A stretch of 64,000 bases of DNA, taken from the NCBI GenBank assembly GCA_963693365.1, contig CAVNZM010000001.1, forward strand, positions 11,062,161 to 11,126,160, read 5' to 3'. This DNA comes from Amoebidium appalachense. Taxonomy: Eukaryota > Protista > Ichthyosporea. Shown piece by piece: positions 48,526-64,000 of this stretch (its first letter is position 1; each line of letters starts with the position of its first letter). A program made the translations under genes and the position numbers. Below the pieces are notes generated by a model. That model did not search any database and was not told the DNA's origin. It saw nothing but the letters and a program-made list of their open reading frames with translations.

Positions 48526-49075
48526 AGTAATGTCGGTACGGTCCTCCGGATCCAGACTTTGCCTCAATTTGCAAATTGCCTGCTTTGCAATGTCGATCGC
48601 GATATTCAAAGCACGGCGCATATGAGAATGTTTTTTACGCCCTTTGATTCCGACACCAGCACCTGGTTGGTAGAAAATATATACACAGGTGCACGTGGAT
48701 GCTTCAGGAAATACTGCGAAGGCAATTTATTATTGGCTAAAACACCCGCGGCGTATTTTCCAGAAGCTATTTTGCGAGGTGCAAAGCTGGCACCAGCCGG
48801 GATGTGTCGCCTCAGGGACCGGCGGATGGTTCACGGCCCCGGGCGGGTTTGTGGCTCTGGGGGACGGGCCTGGGCCGGGTTGGGTTTGCCCCTGCCGCGG
48901 ACATGCCGCGGATGGTTGGGTGTTGGTTCTTTCCTCTGTTGGCGCTGGGTCAACCCGCGGGTTTTATGATATGCTCAGTCAACAGATCTGGCACGTGCAC
49001 TACTATTGCATGGCACTAGCTGTTTCACGTTGTGTTGCTGCTATTCATGTGTATAATGATGATTGCATGCAGACT

Positions 49076-49200
<125 letters not shown>

Positions 49201-49210
49201 GTGTGGTACC

Positions 49211-49268
<58 letters not shown>

Positions 49269-49651
49269 GTTATAGGCCATGTTGTTGCTGTGGAAACGCG
49301 AATATTCGCGCCGCCGCAGGGCCTGGTCGCAACAATACTATCAAAGTTCTACCGAAACCTCGGGAATAAACGATGCATCATAGATTGATTACACAAATGC
49401 AACCGCCGGTATCGGGCGAGCCTCGACAAATCGATCGTGCTAACTTTGCCCTTTCCGCGCTTCTTTATTTTTGCACCACAAGGCATGGACACATACAAAC
49501 GTAAAAACACACACAATGTGCACACACACACACACACCGTGTGACTCACAAACCGTGACATACGTACACTGTGACACACCGGACGTCGACACAATGGCTC
49601 ACACACACACACACGTGCACACACACACACAAATTTCGCACAAACACACAA

Positions 49652-49699
<48 letters not shown>

Positions 49700-49873
49700 A
49701 CACACGCACACACACGGAAACACACGCACACACACGCACATACACGCACACACACGTCACACACACACACACACACACACACGTGCACACACACACACTG
49801 ACAGTCTGTGCACACACACACACACACCGCGGCACGTGCACACACACACATGTACAGGCACACACACACCGTG

Positions 49874-49907
<34 letters not shown>

Positions 49908-50106
49908 CACCGCACGTGCGCGCACACACACACACACACACATACACGTACGCGTCACACACACACACAAAGTTTAACACATATCATGACTCGGTGAGAC
50001 AGTCGGTATATGTACATGTACACACACAAACACGCACGGTGCAGCCACGATAAAACACGCACACACGACGCACACACACAAAACACACGTACACATACCA
50101 CACACT

Positions 50107-50196
<90 letters not shown>

Positions 50197-50228
50197 CACA
50201 CACCAATAAAAGCAAAGATATGACCCTG

Positions 50229-50400
50229 CAGGGCCGACCCGACTCTTCTTCCCGGGTCAAGACCCCGGGCCGTTCCGGATACCGGTCCAACCCTTCGGGT
50301 CATCCTGACAGCCGGGTTTGGGCAAAAATGCCACGGTTAGGGGTCGGGCCGCCGGTCGGTTCGGGCTGGTTCTCGGGTCAACCGACCCGACACTTCCCTG
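50229..50400. mobile_element. GC-rich remnant resembling hAT-type ends
   Basis: CAGGG...CCCTG termini with many ACCCG/CGGGT motifs; similar motif-rich patch at 48813-48965; no clear TSD. Confidence 0.3.
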
Positions 50401-50640
50401 GCTGGCACATGCATTCCTTGGACCAACAACTTGCCGGCCGCATCCGTTGACGACTGTGTGCACCGGCCGGCTTCCGCAAAGAGTCTTGCAAAGTGAAGTT
50501 CAACCGTTGTGAGCTATATTACGAGATAGGAATGGCCAATGCTTAGACAATTGGCCATGACGGGCGAAGCCCTTCAATGTGCGCCCAGCTTGTGGCCCGC
50601 GCAACCATTCTTTCGCAGCTCCGTGCACATGTGGTGGGCT

Positions 50641-50687
<47 letters not shown>

Positions 50688-51602
50688 TCCACCCCACCGA
50701 ACAGGCCCAGTGGGCACCCACCCCATGGCCGCGGCCACTTGCGGCGTGTACGAACATGCATGCGCATTTGTGAGTGTTGTTTGGTGTGTCTCAAGGCTTA
50801 CATGGTCTGTATGTATATATGTGTATGGGGTGGGGAGAAAGAGCGGGGGGGGGAGAAGGGGGGCTGGAGGGATATCGAGAGGAACGTGAGACGGTAACTC
50901 TAGTCCCTCGTCTATGTTTTCACCTTGTTCGCGACTGTTTTACATGTGTGTGTATGTACTTTGGCGTGCCACAGCGTATGTGTGGTTGGGCAGGAGCCAC
51001 GGAGACAATGTGCAAGGGCATTTGTGTATGTGTGTACAGGTGTGGCGGAACCGTGTTATGCGTGTGTTTGTCGTTCTTTGCATCTGTGTTCGGGGGCAGC
51101 CAGCAGGAAGCCTTCGGGGCAGAGGCCCGGGGGGAAAGAGGGGGGCCCGGGGTAAATAGAGAGACAGGGAGAGAGAAGAGAGAGAGGGAGAGAGTGAGGG
51201 GGGGGGGAGGGGGGGGGGGAGAGAGAGAGAGAGAGAGAAAGGGAGGGAGGGAGGGAGGGGGAGAGAGAAAGAAAGGGAGAGGGTGAGGCTCGGAGAGGCG
51301 GGCAGTAAAGCAGCAGGGGGCAGCCGGGGGGGAGGGTGGGGGGGGGGGACCTGTAACCTAGGAAGAGAGGGGGGGGGGGGGGGGGGGGGGAGGGAGAGAG
51401 AGAGAGAGAGAGAAGAGAGAGAGAGGGAGAGGGAGGGATAGAGAGAGAGGGAGAGGGAGAGGGAGAGGCGGGCAGTAAAGCAGCAGGGGGCAGCCGGGGG
51501 AGGGGGGAGGGGGGGCGGGGGAGAGAGAGAGGGGGGGGGGGGGGGGAGACAGAGTGAGAGAGAGAGAGAGAGAGTGACGGAGAGCGAGAGCGAGAGAGAG
51601 GA

Positions 51603-51651
<49 letters not shown>

Positions 51652-52072
51652 AAGGTGGGGGGGGGATACTTCTATTGTGCCCTCCACTTTCCGTCCCACA
51701 TGAAAGTGGCAACCACTACAATTCTAGCCCCCCCCCCCCCCCTCCCTTTCCCACCTCTCCCCTCCCCCTTCCCTTTCTTATTTTTCCTAAGGACTTCCCT
51801 CCCCTCCAACCTCCGAACCCCCCCCTCACCTCGCTGAACAGCACCCTAGTCTCGGTGTTTGCCCCTATCTACTCCTTCACCTTGTGCCTTCTTGCGCCCT
51901 CCCACACACCCACCCTTCATCTTCCGTTATCCTCCCACTGACACCCGTGTCCCCAATGGGCCACAAACCACACGCAGACACGCTCACACCCTCTTTCACT
52001 CTCTCTCCAACAGCAATAACTCGGTCTAAGTTCTCCTCCAGCCCCCCATCTTTGCGCCTCCAGGTCGAATCC

Positions 52073-52111
<39 letters not shown>

Positions 52112-52629
52112 CCTCCCCTCTGCCCTACTCGGACACCGTAGCTCACTCCCTGTCGAGCTCCCCTGCAGGAAGGTGGATGTAAAGCTAGCTGGGTCGCCCG
52201 CCAGCTGGGAGCCCAAGCCCTTAGCTGGCAGTATCTTTCCCTTGAATAAGCCTATTATTTCCAACCTTATGTGCACTAGCCAGCGAAATGGTGCAAGGCC
52301 TGACAGCCGTCGGACTGACGGACACCAAGTCTTCACGATGGCACTCGTAATGATTGCTCTGCTCCATTAATTTCCATAAGCTTCCTCATCTCGAGTCTTG
52401 TGCAAAACAATAAGCGTCTAGATCTGCCCCCGCTTTATATTATTATAAAGTTTGTACAGGCTCGAAAAATATACTTCTTCCTTTTTGTCAAGTTGTAACG
52501 CGAAAAACCAAGGCCAACAATTATGAAGTTGCCACTCACGTGCACAGTCACGGCCCTCTGAACAGTGGGCGGCTATACAGTAATATTGAAAAATTCGGAC
52601 AATTGAAAACTCCGGACAAGATGGAGTTC

Positions 52630-54200
52630 CGTCTTTCTTCCCTTCAAGGGGGCTTTCGTCATGCCTATTCGTGTTATACTCACAGCCTGTTACTCCATGA
52701 ATCCATTACTTCTGGCTCTCCACACGTTGTCTTCATCGACCTTAAGAACGCCTACGACACCGTACCCACTGGTTTGTTATGGCATAAGCTGGCTATGCGG
52801 GGCTTACCAGCCCCCTTTGGCCGTCTTCTGCAAGCGCTGTTCGATACCACTCGCGGACGAGCGGCGGTCAATGGAACATTAACACCCGGTTTTTCCCGTT
52901 CTCGGGGTCTTCTGCAGGGGTCCCTCCTGAGTCCGTTGTTGTTAGACGTTTTCCTTGACGATTTAGCCTGCGCCCTCGAATCCTTTGGCCAACTGCATAC
53001 CCGCCGTGTACCGGGTCTCCTTTTTGCGGACGATATTGTTCTTTGTTCCTTAACCGAAGATGTCATGCACCAGATGCTTCGTCAGGCTGTCAGGTGGATC
53101 AATGGTGCACCGGGAATCTCATGACAGTCGGAATTACAAAGTGTGCTACTTTTTCGCAAAACGCTTCCTTTCGATTGGCCGGTCTTCCTATTCCTGTTCA
53201 GAGCGCAGCACCTATGACTATTTGGGTATTCCTTCCGCAAGCTCCTCACGGCCGTACGGATCGTTCGTGCAAAGGGTAAGCTTCACATCGTGTCAAATAT
53301 GTTTCAACGGGAGTCTGTGATCCATCCTGCGAACCTTCTTCTCTACAAAAAAACTTTTTTACGGCCGACTTTCTAATATGGACTTCCGCTATTGGCCTGC
53401 GCCCCACCTCGCGAGGCGGCCGTGGCGCTGAAAGAGTTCGACGATTTTCAGGGTACTACGCAGCGCACTTTGTTTCGTACTCGGTTTGTGCCTCCCTTAA
53501 TCAGTATGTTTGGATTGTCGTCTGCTGTTTGTCGTATGGAGGAATTGTCTCTTCGTTTTTGTTTTCATTTAGTTAGGATACCTGATGGTCACCCTCTTTA
53601 TGCTTTCTTCCCCCTCCCCTCCCTCCATCCCTCATCCCGGGCCCCCAATCATCGCACCGACGCTACTTCTGAATGTCCTCAGCCTACCCTCTTTCAACCT
53701 GATTCTTCCTCTCGCTATCTCACTCCCTCTTTCTTTTTCCCTTCCTGTTTTTTCTGCCTTTTCGAGTTATTACCATACGCAGTATAAGTTTCTTTCTCGT
53801 TCTGATAGAGAAATCAAAGGTAAAACTCAGGCGGCATGTGTTATGTTCCTTAGGCAACACCGTACTGATCATTATCGCTTTTGGGGAGCTTTGGCAGGAT
53901 ACATTTCTCCTGGTGTACGCCGGATACCACCCTAGTAGATAAGTCTGCATGGTGCTCTGATGCCTGGGAAGTTGTGCAGTGGGTTGTAATTTTTGTTTCC
54001 ATCGCCGCTGGTGCCAGCTGCGGAACTTTTTAATCGCAAGCATGTTGATAGGTGTGAGTTTTTATGTCGCAATTTACCTCTTTCCCTACTACGGGTGTCT
54101 GCTACACTGGCTGGCAATGTGACCACTTTAGACTTTTTGTTGAATTCTGTTGGTCGTCACATTTGAGTATTTATATGATTTTCACACAGTGTTCGGGTAT
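52630..54200 (+). mobile_element. 5'-truncated, frameshifted non-LTR retrotransposon (reverse transcriptase plus C-terminal Cys/His region)
   Basis: RT motifs QGGFR, VFIDLKNAYDTV, RGLLQGSLLSPLL.VFLDDL, LLFADDIVL, YDYLG; several frameshifts and stops downstream. Confidence 0.92.
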
Positions 54201-55227
54201 CTCAGTATGCACTTGTAACTGGATAACTCGTGAAGTTTTTATTGTCGACGTCTTCTCAGTATGCCGTGCATACTTGCATATCTTTCCGTCGAATCAATCC
54301 ACTGGCAGTCAAAAGAAAAAATAGCCCAACAAGTTAGTTAACTAGTCAGGTTGTATAAATAGTAAGCTTGGGGGTGCTAAGTAGGCCTCCGCAGATTCGG
54401 AGTTATCAACACATGCACTTATAAATAGCGTGGGCTTTAAGTTCATGTTTCATCATGATAATACACTTATGATAATTAACCCATGATGACGCGAGCCCAT
54501 ACTAAGTCACATTTGGTCATACATACCAACAATAACAAGTTTAGTATCAAGTGAATTAATTATTGATCATAACTTGAATACAAATATTAATTACAATAAA
54601 CATACTTAATAACTCCAACCAGCAGGGCAAAAAATCGCTTAAGTAGTAAAAAGATTCGAAAGACAGGGCCACGTGCATTGAGTTTAAGGGGCCCCTTAAA
54701 GTGTTTTTAAACCAGGGTAGCAGTGCTGCACAGCACAGGCTCGAACCCGCGATCATCATTGCATAAATACTATAATAGGAAAAATGACAAGCGACCAATC
54801 ACAACACACCGCCCATCATAATGCGATCATATCTGCACACCGCCAGTGGTAATATGTTTTCATAAAACCATAAAAAAAAAAAAGAAAGAAAGAAAGAAAG
54901 AAAGTAAGAATATGCCTCGTCAGTGCAACTCACGCCGTATACGTAGTACAGTATTAGACGCAGAGCCAGCCATCTTGGGTGTGTGTGCACACACGTGAGC
55001 AATTCCAATGCAAACATATTACATCTAAGTGCAGACTGACGTCTGTGCGGCACCTTGCAAGGGGGTGTGCTGCATAATGTGTGAAATATTAACGAAGTTA
55101 AATTCATGCAAACGTCATTCAACATCACAAATTACCCACCGGGAGTATGCTGCCGGTGTCGTCATGAATTGGGTGTCCGGGATAACTCACATTCAACTAT
55201 TTGGGAAAAGCATGAGGGATAATGGCA

Positions 55228-55311
<84 letters not shown>

Positions 55312-55537
55312 CGCGCGCGCGGAGTGTGTGTGTGTGTGTGTGTGTGCTTGCTCGCGCGTGCCCACACGTGTGCGTGTGTGTGTGCACATGTGTGTCTTTG
55401 AGTGTGTGTGTCTGCTGGGGGGCCACTGGGGGCTGGACGGGTGTGGGGGCGCGCAGGGGGGGGGGGGGGGGGGGGGGGAGGGGGGGGGGGAGGGGGGGGG
55501 GGGGGGGGGGGCGGGGCGGGGAGGGATGATTTGAGGT

Positions 55538-62329
<6,792 letters not shown>

Positions 62330-64000
62330 TTTTTCGGAAATTTTTTTCTTCTACGTTCTTAGAGTTTTTCTTGTAGTAAAGGATTATTTGATTGTGATCG
62401 TCATTAACGGTTTGGACCTTTTTTGGCCAGGTATAGAAAGGAAGTCTAAACTCGCAATTATTTGGGAAAAAACTATCTGCCTGCGCACACTGATCGTGGC
62501 CTTTGGCGATGTTGCTGGGATGAGGAATGAAAAAGTACTGTTCATTATCAACATGCATGAGAGCTGTGATGAGGTGAAGGAAACGATGCCAACAATACTT
62601 CCACCCAACAAGGTACCAGGTAGAGTACCAAGTATTCTTCGGAAAGACAGCTGATGAAACGTTCTCCCCAGGGCTACAAACTATAGATGGAAAAGTGAAA
62701 ATGCAAATGTATTTAACTTAAAAATTAAGTATATAGTAAACTTAAAAATGAAGTATATAGTATTTAAAGATTATTAACAAACTTTAGAGATGTCATTTTC
62801 ATTGATTTGGAATAGATATCACATGCACATCTGACATCTCCAAATGGTGCGAACAATCAAATTTAGCCAATGGAGTGTCACCACTCACATTCCTGAGCTG
62901 TGTGCTTGTGCTGATTGGCTGGTTCCACACTCTAACTTGGCTTCTTTCAAAAAGAGAAGAAGAACTTCGGGGAAAAAAAAACAAGGGGAAAAAAAAGGCG
63001 TTGCAACTCCACATATACTATAAGTCTAGTAACATATTTACCTACATGTATATACATTGTTGTGTGGAAGTACTGTTGACGTGGTGCCGGCACCTTACAG
63101 TTGCTCACATGCACGTCCATAATAAACAGCACCTTCTCCTACTCACACACTACTGCGTTGCAAGCTCCCGCCCTACTGTACCGGGGAGGCGGTTCAAGTG
63201 CACATGTACAAGCCTTTTTAACTGAATACGTAATATTTTAACCCTCTGCCATACAGCGGACGTGACTAGTTAGTGGGCTGACGGTTGGCAGCGTTAAGAG
63301 AAAGGTTGTGCGGCATTCGCATGTGCTTGAGATCTACAGAGTGAGAGAGAGAGAGAGAAAGAGAGAGACACACACAGAGAGAGAAGTAAGGGGAGGGAGT
63401 GAGCTCGAGGGAGAGAGGGAGGGAGCTCGAGGGAAGGAGGGAGGGAGCTCGAGGGAGGGAGGGGGGAGGGAGGGAAGGAGGGGGTGGCTCGGAGGGAGGA
63501 AGAGCGGGCCGGGGAGGGGTGGGGAGGGAGAGAGGGTGGGAGGGGGGAAGGGGAAGGGGGGGGAGGGGGGAGAGTGTGTGTGTATGTGCTTAATCGTGGA
63601 CGCGGTTGTGTGCACGTGCCATGTTTATGTAACACTGTACGTGTCAGTTTTTCACGTGTGTATGCAAAAGGTGTGGCGGCTATACAGGTCCAACTATATA
63701 TGTTTTCACGTCATCACAACTACTCAGGCAGAAGTTGTGGCTGTGTTTGGTTTCTTGGCTTTGTAGTGTGCCTAGTAAGCCCTTTGCTGCGGCCCCCAAG
63801 TTACCCAAGTTACATGTTTACTCCCTTGCCACCCCATACGAAGACTACATATGGTTCAAAAGTAAACGCAACGATATGCATTTGTGTTTTCGCAAACAGT
63901 CTGAGTGGCTCACAGCGGCTCACCAACGTCACCACGGCGACTCTATCATTTGTTGTACGCTTCATCATGAACGACCATTGATTCATGACGACTACTGATT

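Noticed and set aside
48110-48625. Short ORFs upstream of the CDK inhibitor
   Set aside because: No recognisable motif, interrupted by a tandem duplication and stops.
63735-64000. Possible exon at the window end
   Set aside because: No recognisable protein in any frame and truncated by the window edge.

Overview
Eukaryotic genomic DNA with an extreme intron style; the gene set would fit a unicellular opisthokont/holozoan, but the organism cannot be fixed from sequence alone. Three large spliced genes can be reconstructed by hand: a 12-exon RBBP4/7 (MSI1/p48)-family histone chaperone (+, 349-10948), a ~30-exon RELCH/KIAA1468 LisH-coiled-coil-HEAT protein (-, 17359-43370) and a 7-exon Hv1-type voltage-gated proton channel (-, 55538-62329). 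There are also two compact genes: a ZZ-like zinc-finger ORF and a Cip/Kip CDK inhibitor. Introns are filled with strand-oriented simple sequence: a C-run just after the GT donor, and (CA)n or An running right up to the acceptor AG, often with no polypyrimidine tract. Several exon ends and splice sites are locally duplicated into the neighbouring intron. Mobile DNA includes a decayed non-LTR retrotransposon, a LINE 3' fragment nested in an inverted-repeat element, and Tc1-like and Harbinger-like MITEs. The most unusual signal is a ~160-nt multi-stem, pseudoknotted RNA-like element with compensatory base changes plus a ~110-nt tail, found three times, always intronic and sense to the host gene. 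Most ORFs in the supplied track are simple-repeat artefacts.
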